64,000 nucleotides of DNA. Source: an uncultured Bacteroidaceae bacterium. GTDB lineage: Bacteria > Bacillota > Clostridia > Christensenellales > CAG-917. The translations under genes were made by a program, and so were the position numbers. Numbering within the stretch: position 1 is the stretch's first letter; the number at the start of each line of letters is the position of its first letter. Shown piece by piece: positions 51,263 to 61,014 of this stretch. The stretch lies in contig CAZJZV010000001.1 of assembly GCA_964550635.1 (NCBI GenBank), positions 103,913-167,912 on the forward strand, written 5' to 3'. Below the pieces are notes generated by a model. The model did no database searches, was not told where the DNA came from, and saw nothing but the letters and a program-made list of their open reading frames with translations.

Positions 51263-51838
51263 TTAGTTATCGGACAGGATTTCGATTGCTTTTTCCTTGA
51301 ACACCGCGTTGTTTTCGAGAAGTTCATCAAAGGTTACGGGTGCAAATCCGTTCACGTCCACCCCCGCATTGAGTGCGTTAGGCAAGTTGAAAATTGGCAG
51401 ATATTCCGGGCGGATATTTCCGTGCGTATGACCGTGAATAAGATAAGAGAGTTTTGCACTTCCGACCTTCCGACTTCCCTTCCATTCGAGCATCGGATAA
51501 TGGCAAAGAGTCATCGGACGAGAGCAAACGGACGTATCGAGCAAAGGGGTTATTTCCACGAAATAATCCCTAGGATTATCGAGTTTATCAAGCCAATTCG
51601 AGTCGTGATTCCCGCGCACGAGAATTTTTTTGCCTTTTAGGCGGTCGAGATAGGGTTTCGGATCAATTCCCTTCCAAATCAAATCCCCGACGATATAGAC
51701 GGTATCGTTGCCTTTGACCTTTTTGTTCCAATTCTCAATGAGAATATCATCCATTTCATCGACGGACGAAAACGGACGGTTGCACGTTTTGATGATGTTG
51801 TTATGCCCCAAATGCAAATCGGCTGTGAAATATACCAT
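51263..51838 (-). CDS. Metallophosphoesterase
   Basis: Motifs FTADLHLGH, VGDLIW, GNHD and HGHTHG. Confidence 0.8.
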   Translation of the reverse strand: MVYFTADLHLGHNNIIKTCNRPFSSVDEMDDILIENWNKKVKGNDTVYIVGDLIWKGIDPKPYLDRLKGKKILVRGNHDSNWLDKLDNPRDYFVEITPLLDTSVCSRPMTLCHYPMLEWKGSRKVGSAKLSYLIHGHTHGNIRPEYLPIFNLPNALNAGVDVNGFAPVTFDELLENNAVFKEKAIEILSDN

Positions 51839-51896
51839 TTATCCCCTAAAAAGCGTTTTCGGGTATCAAAACCGCAAAAACGCCAACAATACCGTT

Positions 51897-52190
51897 ATGT
51901 TAGTTTATGAAACCACGGTAGCAGACGTCGCATTATCCTTTGAAAAAGTTATTGCGTCGAGATATTATCAAGGCGACGGCGTAGTTATAGTCGCGGTCCT
52001 GACTTCTCAGATTTACAGCGCAAGCGAGCGGACTTCACTACGTGAAGAAATCCGCGCGGAAATCGAAAAACGGTTTTCAACGAAAACTCTCGTCACCTAC
52101 GATTTAGGCGCTTATCTATCCATGCACGACGGTATGAGCGAAGACGAAATCTCCGCTCTATACGCAAAAGTCGGCTATTCTCCCTTGTAA
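51897..52190 (+). CDS. Hypothetical small protein (97 aa), weakly supported
   Basis: This is the 3' part of ORF 51708..52190 from the ATG at 51897. It has plausible composition and fills an otherwise 336-nt gap. It has no SD and I recognise no family. Confidence 0.3.
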   Translation: MLVYETTVADVALSFEKVIASRYYQGDGVVIVAVLTSQIYSASERTSLREEIRAEIEKRFSTKTLVTYDLGAYLSMHDGMSEDEISALYAKVGYSPL

Positions 52191-52525
52191 AACTCTACGT
52201 TGTTTCCGTCGCTCCAGAGTTTTTCAAGGCAGTAAAACATACGAGTATCATCGTTGAAAACGTGCACGATGACTCCGCCGTAGTCGAGCACAACCCACTT
52301 TCCTTCGGTGAGTCCGTCGACGCGCAGGCAGTTTACGCCGTGATTTTCCATGGTTTCTTGCAGATATTCCGCAAGTGCCTTGACTTGACGATTGCTCTTC
52401 CCGGTGCAAATGACGAAGTAGTCCGCAACGACGGTCAGATGCTCGACTTTCAAGACGGTGATATCGACCGCTCTTCGGTCGTCAAGTTCTTTACAAATCA
52501 ATTTTTTCAGTTCTAAACTTTCCAT
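52175..52525 (-). CDS. rsfS: Ribosome silencing factor RsfS
   Basis: 116 aa. Contains DITVLKVEHLTVVADYFVICTG and WVVLDYGGVIVHVF. Confidence 0.92.
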   Translation of the reverse strand: MESLELKKLICKELDDRRAVDITVLKVEHLTVVADYFVICTGKSNRQVKALAEYLQETMENHGVNCLRVDGLTEGKWVVLDYGGVIVHVFNDDTRMFYCLEKLWSDGNNVEFYKGE

Positions 52526-52559
52526 TATTCCTCCAATTGAATGCGTTAGAATATCGTTT

Positions 52560-53699
52560 TCAGTTGTTTTTGTTCAAATAGTATTCGACCGCATCTTCGG
52601 TCAACGGATATATAGGTTTTCCCGCCGTTTTCAACTTGTCGTAGGTGTATTTTAGCACCGCTCGGAAACCCTTTTCAAAGTCCTCGTCCGCAATTTTACG
52701 TATATCGGGGATAGGCGCGTATTCCCTGTCGTAAGACGTACTGTCCGCCGTATAAATCAATTTTTCAAACGTGCTCATATCCGCCTTTGCGGTTGTATGG
52801 TATTTGATTGCGGAAAGCACTTCTTCATCCGTCACGCCGAAATCTCTCTCCGCCTTTTTCGCTCCCAAAAATTGATGAAGCACGGTTGTCCCGACTGCAT
52901 CCGCAGGCACGTCGAGACCGTCTAAAGACGGTCTTCTCTTTGCGTTATCGTGAAGTAGGGACGCTTCAAACGTCTTTTTGAAGTCCTGTTTGAGATTATG
53001 CAAGGAATTCAAATCAACCGCTCGCAACACCACCGCTTTAGTATGTGCAAAAAGTTCAGGCTCTTGCCACTCTTTGAGTTTTTCAAGCCACTCTTTGTAG
53101 TCGTCGAAATATCCGTTTTTCTTGATATAGTCGTACACTCCGTCGGGGAGTGAATCGGGTTGCATACCAAGGAGCAATTCCGCCTTTATTCTCGAAGAAG
53201 ACGTTTCTCCGCCCTCGAAATCCAACGTCAAAAAAGAGCCGACTTTGTATTTGTCGAGAAGTTTATTAACGCTATCGCCCACTCTATCATAGCCTTTTCT
53301 GCCAACAACCGCGATAGGACAGGTTTCCAAAATGCTTTTAGGCTCGTGCCAAGTGTCGAAATACTCAACGCTATCCCCGCCGATGAGATAGACGATTTCG
53401 CCGTATTTTTCCTTCAAAACGGGCAAAACGTCGGATGCATAGTTGAATTTCTCCCCCTTTTCCGCCCTTTCTCTCTCGATTTCGTCCACGATAAGTTCGT
53501 CTGCAACACCGCTAAATGCGATTTTGCAAAGGTCGATTCTCGCAGAGTACGGCAAATATCCTTCACTTTTGTGAGGGGGACGGAAGGTCGGCACCACGAC
53601 AAGACGAGTCGCACCCGTTGCGCCAACCGCGCTTTTCAACATATTTACGTGTTCGACGTGAGGAGGATCGAACGCTCCGCCGAAGATAATAGTTACCAT
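52560..53699 (-). CDS. Fusion: nicotinate-nucleotide adenylyltransferase NadD + HD-domain YqeK
   Basis: N-terminus IFGGAFDPPHVEHV (NadD HxGH-type). The C-terminal half is an HD domain (FAHTKAV...LLHDNAK). I chose the ATG at 53699. Confidence 0.85.
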   Translation of the reverse strand: MVTIIFGGAFDPPHVEHVNMLKSAVGATGATRLVVVPTFRPPHKSEGYLPYSARIDLCKIAFSGVADELIVDEIERERAEKGEKFNYASDVLPVLKEKYGEIVYLIGGDSVEYFDTWHEPKSILETCPIAVVGRKGYDRVGDSVNKLLDKYKVGSFLTLDFEGGETSSSRIKAELLLGMQPDSLPDGVYDYIKKNGYFDDYKEWLEKLKEWQEPELFAHTKAVVLRAVDLNSLHNLKQDFKKTFEASLLHDNAKRRPSLDGLDVPADAVGTTVLHQFLGAKKAERDFGVTDEEVLSAIKYHTTAKADMSTFEKLIYTADSTSYDREYAPIPDIRKIADEDFEKGFRAVLKYTYDKLKTAGKPIYPLTEDAVEYYLNKNN

Positions 53700-53705
53700 A
53701 GGTAT

Positions 53706-53734
53706 AGTATAGCAAAATAAGTGCGAACTTTCAA
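53706..53734 (-). promoter_or_regulatory. Promoter abutting the start codon: TTGAAA-N17-TATACT-N6-ATG
   Basis: On the minus strand, TTGAAA is at 53734-53729 and TATACT at 53711-53706. ATG at 53699, no SD. Confidence 0.5.
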
Positions 53735-53755
53735 TAGCAAAACGAACATTTGAGA

Positions 53756-54682
53756 ATGAAATCACAGGAATTTGTCAATGATAAGTCGATGACGAAAATT
53801 ATAGACGTATTCACTCTCACCCTGACGATATTTTTACTTAGCATAGTTTGGACGGGACGCTATCTGAACGTAGGTTTAGCATTGCTTCTTTCAAGCACTT
53901 TGACCGCACTCACAGTCATCACGACAATCTATCTGAAAAAGCAAAATTCCAAGCCCTACGACAAGGACAGACTTGCCCTTGAATTGTCCGTCCGCGGAAA
54001 CGAATATTTGGTCGAAATTCTCAAAAGTATTCTAAAAAATGCGGTTTTTGAGAGTGGTTCCAACTGGATTTTACTCGAAAACGCACTGATAATAGTGTGT
54101 TTTCGCTTTTCTCTCGTCGGTCTCAACGACGTCGGAAACTTCTATTCATTGTCTCTCAAAAAGAACAGAAATCAAGTGTTTTTGCTCTGTCGCGGAATTG
54201 ACAGAAAGGCTATGCACGTGCTTGAAATGCACGACGTCAAAATCAACGTCGTCAAAACAAAAGGCATATATGACTTTTTGAGAAGAAACTCCGCCCTACC
54301 CGCACTTGAAAAGGAAAAGAAAAATTTTTCCTTGAAAGCGGTCGCATATTCCATTCTCTCCCGCTCGAATACGAAAAGTTATCTCTTTTCGGGAATCGTG
54401 CTTATGACAACTTCTTTCATCACACCGCTCAAAATCTACTATCTAATTTTCGGCACAATCGCACTTATTCTTGCAATTCTCACCTTGACTCCCCTTGGAA
54501 ACGGCGAATTTGGCACAAACGGAAGTTTCAATGCACTCATCCAAGAAACCGAAAAATTCAATCTCTCCGAAAATTCCGACTGCGACCAATGCACCGCCGA
54601 AAACGACAATCACCAAAAAACCAACAAAGAAAACTCCCAAAACACAACAGACAACCAGAATCATCACGACACAAATCAATAG
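53756..54682 (+). CDS. Hypothetical membrane protein with N/Q/T/H-rich low-complexity C-terminus
   Basis: It has 2 N-terminal and 2 C-terminal hydrophobic segments around a soluble middle domain. The tail is encoded by the A/C-rich tract. The start is uncertain (ATG 53756 or 53789, TTG 53750). Confidence 0.55.
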   Translation: MKSQEFVNDKSMTKIIDVFTLTLTIFLLSIVWTGRYLNVGLALLLSSTLTALTVITTIYLKKQNSKPYDKDRLALELSVRGNEYLVEILKSILKNAVFESGSNWILLENALIIVCFRFSLVGLNDVGNFYSLSLKKNRNQVFLLCRGIDRKAMHVLEMHDVKINVVKTKGIYDFLRRNSALPALEKEKKNFSLKAVAYSILSRSNTKSYLFSGIVLMTTSFITPLKIYYLIFGTIALILAILTLTPLGNGEFGTNGSFNALIQETEKFNLSENSDCDQCTAENDNHQKTNKENSQNTTDNQNHHDTNQ

Positions 54683-55014
54683 CAATATAAAACGAAAAAT
54701 CAAACTAAATACACACGAAAACACCTAAAACAAGTAACAATTCTTTGAAAACGACTAAAACGCTTATCAAATACGTGCAAATCGGTCTAAACAACGTTAC
54801 TTCAAAAACGCATAATCCGCAAATTCACCGCAATTTTTCTCACTCAACGCAAATTTCCATTTACACATTCATATATGCACATTTGAAATCTCATACATAT
54901 TCGATATTTTCTCGGCTATTTATCTTTTCCGCCACCCCCTATTTTTACCTGATAAGGTAAAATCGCTTGTCATACGCAATCTAAACCGCTAAAATATTGT
55001 CGAGGTCATTGCAT

Positions 55015-56181
55015 ATGTATTCTGTTTATCTCAAAAAAGGCGAAGAAAAACGCATTATCAACGGACATTCGTGGGTGTACGCCAACGAAGTTTCCAAAAT
55101 CGAAGGCAAAGATTCCAACGGCTCCCTTGCCACCGTTTTCACGCACGACGGAAAATTCGTGGGCAAAGGCTATATAAATCATTTGAGCAAAATTCTCGTC
55201 AGAGTGTTTTTGCGCGACCAAAACGCAGTTGACGACAAGGATTTCTACCTTGATAAACTGCGCCAAGCAAACGAATACCGCGTAAATTTAGGTTTTGACA
55301 ACGCTTATCGTATGGTTTTCGCAGAGTCAGACGGCATTCCCGCTCTCATCGTCGATAGATATGCAGACTATCTCGTTTGCCAATTTCTCTCTTTGGGCAT
55401 AGACAAACGCAAACGTCTCATCGTTGATTGCCTTGTCGAACTTTTCAACCCGAAAGGAATTTACGAGCGTAGCGACGTCGCAGTCCGCGCAAAAGAAGGA
55501 CTAAACGAAGTCAAAGGCGTGATTTACGGCGAAGTCCCCGACGAAATCATCATCACCGAAAACGGTCTGAAAATGAGCGTCGACGTCAAAAACGGACAAA
55601 AAACAGGCTATTTTCTTGACCAAAAGGAAAACCGCTACGCGGTCAGACGCTATGCAAAAGGCAAAACCGTTCTCGATTGTTTCTGCAACAGTGGCGGTTT
55701 CAGTCTAAATTCCGCACTTTCCGCAAAGGCGGTTACTAGCGTCGACGTATCCGCAACCGCGCTCGCAAACGTCAATCGCAATGCCGAGCTAAACGGCTTT
55801 GACAATATCACCACTCTCGAAGGGGACGTATTTGAAGTTTTGCGTACTTTTAAGCGCGAAAATCGCAAATTCGACGTCGTAATTCTCGATCCCCCTGCAT
55901 TTTGCAAGAGTGCAAACGAAGTCAAAGACGCATATAGGGGCTACAAAGACATCAACGCATTAGGTCTAAAACTCGTCGAAAAAGGCGGTTTTCTCATCAC
56001 TGCGTCCTGCTCCCACTATATGACCTTACCGCTATTTGAAAAAATGCTCGTTGAGTCCGCAAAAGAAAGCGGGCGCACCATCCGCATCGTCGAAATCAAA
56101 ACGCAGTCCCCCGACCACCCGTCCGACCTATCCGCCGAAGAAACGAGTTATCTCAAATTCTTCGTCCTAAACGTTCAATGA
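55015..56181 (+). CDS. Class I SAM-dependent rRNA (cytosine-C5) methyltransferase, RlmI-like (PUA + MTase)
   Basis: N-terminal PUA region (KKGEEKRIINGHSWVYANEV) and SAM motif VLDCFCNSGGFS. ATG at 55015 with a GAGGT SD. Confidence 0.85.
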   Translation: MYSVYLKKGEEKRIINGHSWVYANEVSKIEGKDSNGSLATVFTHDGKFVGKGYINHLSKILVRVFLRDQNAVDDKDFYLDKLRQANEYRVNLGFDNAYRMVFAESDGIPALIVDRYADYLVCQFLSLGIDKRKRLIVDCLVELFNPKGIYERSDVAVRAKEGLNEVKGVIYGEVPDEIIITENGLKMSVDVKNGQKTGYFLDQKENRYAVRRYAKGKTVLDCFCNSGGFSLNSALSAKAVTSVDVSATALANVNRNAELNGFDNITTLEGDVFEVLRTFKRENRKFDVVILDPPAFCKSANEVKDAYRGYKDINALGLKLVEKGGFLITASCSHYMTLPLFEKMLVESAKESGRTIRIVEIKTQSPDHPSDLSAEETSYLKFFVLNVQ

Positions 56182-56370
56182 GCGTTAAAACCCAAGACAA
56201 TACAAATCGTTTTACGAAAAACAAACGTATCATAATCAAACAAAAAACCACCAAGGATACTCAATACAATCAACGTCACATAAAGTATCAACAATACTCG
56301 TAGCAATAAACACCGCACACAGTATCAACGATTAAAAATTCAATCGATCAACGAAAAATCAAAACCATAT

Positions 56371-56402
56371 AAAAAAGGCACTTCATCGAAGTGCCTTTTT
56401 GT
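56371..56402. terminator. Bidirectional intrinsic terminator
   Basis: AAAAAAGGCACTTC-ATC-GAAGTGCCTTTTT between convergent rlmI-like and obg genes. Confidence 0.7.
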
Positions 56403-56422
56403 TGTTATTTTTCAAGATTTCG

Positions 56423-57688
<1,266 letters not shown>

Positions 57689-57731
57689 TTATCCTTTTAG
57701 TGCATTACTTTCTTTGGATTATACACTATTT

Positions 57732-59111
57732 TCAGTCGTTTTGCAATTGCTTAATGATTGCTCTAGCGGATTTTTTGCCTGCACCCATAGCGAGAATAAC
57801 CGTAGCCGCACCCGTCATAGCATCCCCGCCTGCATATAGTCTAGGAATCGAAGTCCTGCCGTCCTCGTCGCAAACGATAGTGCCTTTCGCACTCACTTCA
57901 AGCGACGGACAACTGTGTTTGATTATGGGATTAGGCGTAGTGCCAAGCGCAACGATGACTTCGTCGCATTCGATATCGTATTCGCTACCCGCAATTGCAA
58001 CAGGCGATCTACGTCCGCTTGCATCGGGTTCACCGAGAGCCATTTTGACGACTTTCATCCCCGAAACCGCTCCGTCTTTTCCAAGAATTTCAACGGGGTT
58101 CGTGAGAAGGTCGAAGATGACTCCTTCTTCTTCTGCGTGTTCGATTTCTTCAGCACGTGCGGGCATTTCTTCGCGACCGCGACGATAGACGAGATGCACT
58201 TCCGCACCCATACGAACGGCGGTTCTAGCGGAGTCCATAGCGACGTTACCCGCACCTACGACCACGACTTTTTTCCCTCTAAACACAGGGGTTATCGCGT
58301 CGTTTTCGTACGCTTTCATAAGGTTTACGCGAGTGAGATATTCGTTTGCGGAATACACTCCGTTCAAGTTTTCCCCTTTCACTCTAAGGAATGACGGCAA
58401 ACCCGCTCCAGAGCCGATGAAAACGGCACCGTAACTATCGAGCAATTCATCGATGAAAATCGTTTTTCCTACAACCACGTTTTTCCTGATTTCAACGCCG
58501 AGTTTTTCAAGGTTTTCGATTTCACGAGCAACGATTGTTTTGGGCAAACGAAATTCGGGAATGCCGTAACTCAAAACACCGCCCGCCTTGTGCAGTGCTT
58601 CAAAAACGGTGACTTTGACGCCTGCTTTTGCAAGATCGGCAGCACAAGACAACCCTGCGGGACCGCTACCGACAACGGCAACTTTTCCGACATTTACCAC
58701 ATTAGAATCACTGTTTTTGACGGTTTCACCCCTTTCAAGTGCGTAATCCGCAACGTAACGTTCAAGCGCGCCGATCGACACCGATCCGCCGAGTTTGACT
58801 TTGCGCACGCAGTACTTTTCGCATTGATTTTCTTGCGGGCATACCCTACCGCACACCGCAGGAAGGTTGTTGTCTTTCGACAAAACTTCGCACGCGCCGT
58901 CCATATCGCCGTCTCTAATTTTGCGAATGAAATCGGGGATATGCACGCCGACGGGGCAACCTTTCATACAAGGAGCGTTTTTGCAATCAAGGCATCTATT
59001 CGCTTCGGACTGTGCGATTTCGGGGGTAAAACCGAGCGCAACTTCTTTGAAGTTGTTTCTTCTCTCTTCGGGAGATTGAGAGGGCATAACGTTTCTTTCT
59101 ACAATTTCCAT
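57732..59111 (-). CDS. nfnB: NfnB / GltD-like NADPH-dependent oxidoreductase (glutamate synthase small-chain family)
   Basis: N-terminal Fe-S cysteines (CLDCKNAPCMKGCP) and two dinucleotide folds (VAVVGSGPAG, VVVVGAGNVAMD). Paired with nfnA. Confidence 0.8.
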   Translation of the reverse strand: MEIVERNVMPSQSPEERRNNFKEVALGFTPEIAQSEANRCLDCKNAPCMKGCPVGVHIPDFIRKIRDGDMDGACEVLSKDNNLPAVCGRVCPQENQCEKYCVRKVKLGGSVSIGALERYVADYALERGETVKNSDSNVVNVGKVAVVGSGPAGLSCAADLAKAGVKVTVFEALHKAGGVLSYGIPEFRLPKTIVAREIENLEKLGVEIRKNVVVGKTIFIDELLDSYGAVFIGSGAGLPSFLRVKGENLNGVYSANEYLTRVNLMKAYENDAITPVFRGKKVVVVGAGNVAMDSARTAVRMGAEVHLVYRRGREEMPARAEEIEHAEEEGVIFDLLTNPVEILGKDGAVSGMKVVKMALGEPDASGRRSPVAIAGSEYDIECDEVIVALGTTPNPIIKHSCPSLEVSAKGTIVCDEDGRTSIPRLYAGGDAMTGAATVILAMGAGKKSARAIIKQLQND

Positions 59112-59112
59112 A

Positions 59113-59934
59113 CTAACCTCTCAAATTGCACTTATGTGCGTTTTCGTGTTCGCGGTAGATTTTCGAGCGGGATATAGCCTCGTCGAAATCAACGAGATGA
59201 CCGTCAAATTCAGGTCCGTCGATACAAGCATACTTTGTTTTACCGTCGACGGTGAGTCTGCAACAACCGCACATGCCGGTGCCGTCGACCATAATCGAAT
59301 TCATACTGACGACGGTATGGATTCCAAGCTCTTTCGTGAGTGCGCAAACCGCTTTCATCATAGGAAGCGGACCGACCGCAAACACGCAATCGAACTTTTT
59401 CTCCCCTACAACTTCGCGGATTTCATCGGTAACAAAGCCTTTTTTACCGCTCGAGCCGTCGTCCGTTATCAAATGAAGATTCGAGCATGCCTTAAATTCA
59501 TCGACGTAAGTCAACAAATCCACGTTTCTTGCGCCGAGTATGACGTCGGATTTTTTGTTTTCGGAAAACAGTTGTTTTGCCTGCGGATAGATAACCGCCG
59601 CACCTATTCCGCCCGCGACGAGCAAAATATTTTTGTATTCGCTCAAATCGGTTGCGTTTCCGAGCGGACCGACAAAGTCGCAAAGTGCGTCCCCCTCATT
59701 CATAGAGGCAAGTTTTGCAGTCGTATATCCGACCTCTTGCACGAGAATGGAAACAGTGCCGTTTTCGCGAGAATAGTCGCAAATTGTGAAAGGCACTCTC
59801 TCTCCGTTTTCGTCCGTACGGAGAATGATAAATTGCCCCGCAAGGCAATGTTTTGCGGTGTCTGGAGCGTAAATCGTATACTCGTTCACTCTCTCGGCAA
59901 GCGTTCTTTTTTTGATGATTTCGTAGTTCTTCAT
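59113..59934 (-). CDS. nfnA: NfnA / sulfide-dehydrogenase-like FAD/NAD-binding subunit with 2Fe-2S
   Basis: Starts MKNYEIIKKRTL, with the C-terminal cluster motif GTGMCGCCRLTVDGKTKYACIDGPEF. An alternative start lies at 59961. Confidence 0.8.
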   Translation of the reverse strand: MKNYEIIKKRTLAERVNEYTIYAPDTAKHCLAGQFIILRTDENGERVPFTICDYSRENGTVSILVQEVGYTTAKLASMNEGDALCDFVGPLGNATDLSEYKNILLVAGGIGAAVIYPQAKQLFSENKKSDVILGARNVDLLTYVDEFKACSNLHLITDDGSSGKKGFVTDEIREVVGEKKFDCVFAVGPLPMMKAVCALTKELGIHTVVSMNSIMVDGTGMCGCCRLTVDGKTKYACIDGPEFDGHLVDFDEAISRSKIYREHENAHKCNLRG

Positions 59935-59979
59935 TGTTCTCTTTTCGTCTGTTTTCAGCATTTTTGCCGAAAAGTATTC

Positions 59980-60606
59980 TCAATTTTGTTTATTTTTATA
60001 ATACTTACACCATTCTTTCAGGTTGCACTCGTCGCATTTCGGTGCGCGCGCGGTGCAAACGTATCTGCCGTGAAAGATGAGAAGATGATGCAGTTCTCCC
60101 CACTTGTTTTCGTCAAACGAAGCGTTCAGTTGTTCTTCGGTTTTTTCGGGAGTTTCCGCATTCACGATGCCGATGCGATTGCTCACTCTGAAAACGTGTG
60201 TATCAACCGCTATCGCATTTCCGCCGAATGCGACCGAATAGACGACATTGGCAGTTTTGCGTCCTACTCCGCTCAACTTCATCAACTCTTCTTGAGTTTC
60301 GGGGACTCCGCCGAGCGACAACACACTTTGCGCCATACTCTTTATGGATTTTGCTTTGTTGTGGTAAAATCCGCAGGAGTGTATGCGCTCTTCAAGTTCT
60401 TCTATCGGCATATTCACAAAATCTTCGGGAGTCGATGCGACTTTGAAAAGTTCTTTTGTCACCATATTCACCCTTTTGTCCGTGCATTGCGCCGACAAAA
60501 TGACCGCAACGAGCAGTTCAAACGGCGCATCGAAGTTTAGTTCGCATTGCGCGGACGGATGTTGCACTTTCAGTGCATTGAAGATTTTGTCATTTGTGCT
60601 TTCCAT
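59980..60606 (-). CDS. nth: Endonuclease III
   Basis: HhH-GPD region LSGVGRKTANVV and the 4Fe-4S motif CTARAPKCDECNLKEWC. Confidence 0.92.
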   Translation of the reverse strand: MESTNDKIFNALKVQHPSAQCELNFDAPFELLVAVILSAQCTDKRVNMVTKELFKVASTPEDFVNMPIEELEERIHSCGFYHNKAKSIKSMAQSVLSLGGVPETQEELMKLSGVGRKTANVVYSVAFGGNAIAVDTHVFRVSNRIGIVNAETPEKTEEQLNASFDENKWGELHHLLIFHGRYVCTARAPKCDECNLKEWCKYYKNKQN

Positions 60607-60661
60607 AAGTGTATTTTAACACTTAACCCGAAGTATAGCAACCCGAATTAGAGCGCGAATA

Positions 60662-60910
60662 TCAAAATTTTACGCTTTTTCCGTTTTCCCCGACATAAAA
60701 TCTGCCGATGACGGAGTTATATCTCCCCCTTTCAAGCACTTGCATGGCTTGCGACAGGTTTCTCGTCAGGCATTTGACGGACAATCCGCACCCCGCCGAC
60801 GCACTTGACGGCGTATTGATGAGTTTTGCGGGAATGCGGTAGTTTTGCAACGCTTCATAATATCTCGCTCCCTCGGACCTTGATCGGAACGCAACGAAAA
60901 ATTCTCTCAT
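60662..60910 (-). CDS. DUF3343-like small protein (putative S/Se carrier-like)
   Basis: The 82-aa version from the ATG at 60910 (SD GGAGGAATTT) reads MREFFVAFRSRSEGARYYEALQNYRIPAKLINTPSSASAGCGLSVKC. Confidence 0.65.
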   Translation of the reverse strand: MREFFVAFRSRSEGARYYEALQNYRIPAKLINTPSSASAGCGLSVKCLTRNLSQAMQVLERGRYNSVIGRFYVGENGKSVKF

Positions 60911-61014
60911 AAATTCCTCCACACATTTTATGTACGCGTTCCGAAATATACTATTGTTTTTCGACAAATAGTGTGATTATTGCGCGAAACCGCATAGAAT
61001 ACAACGAGGTGAAT

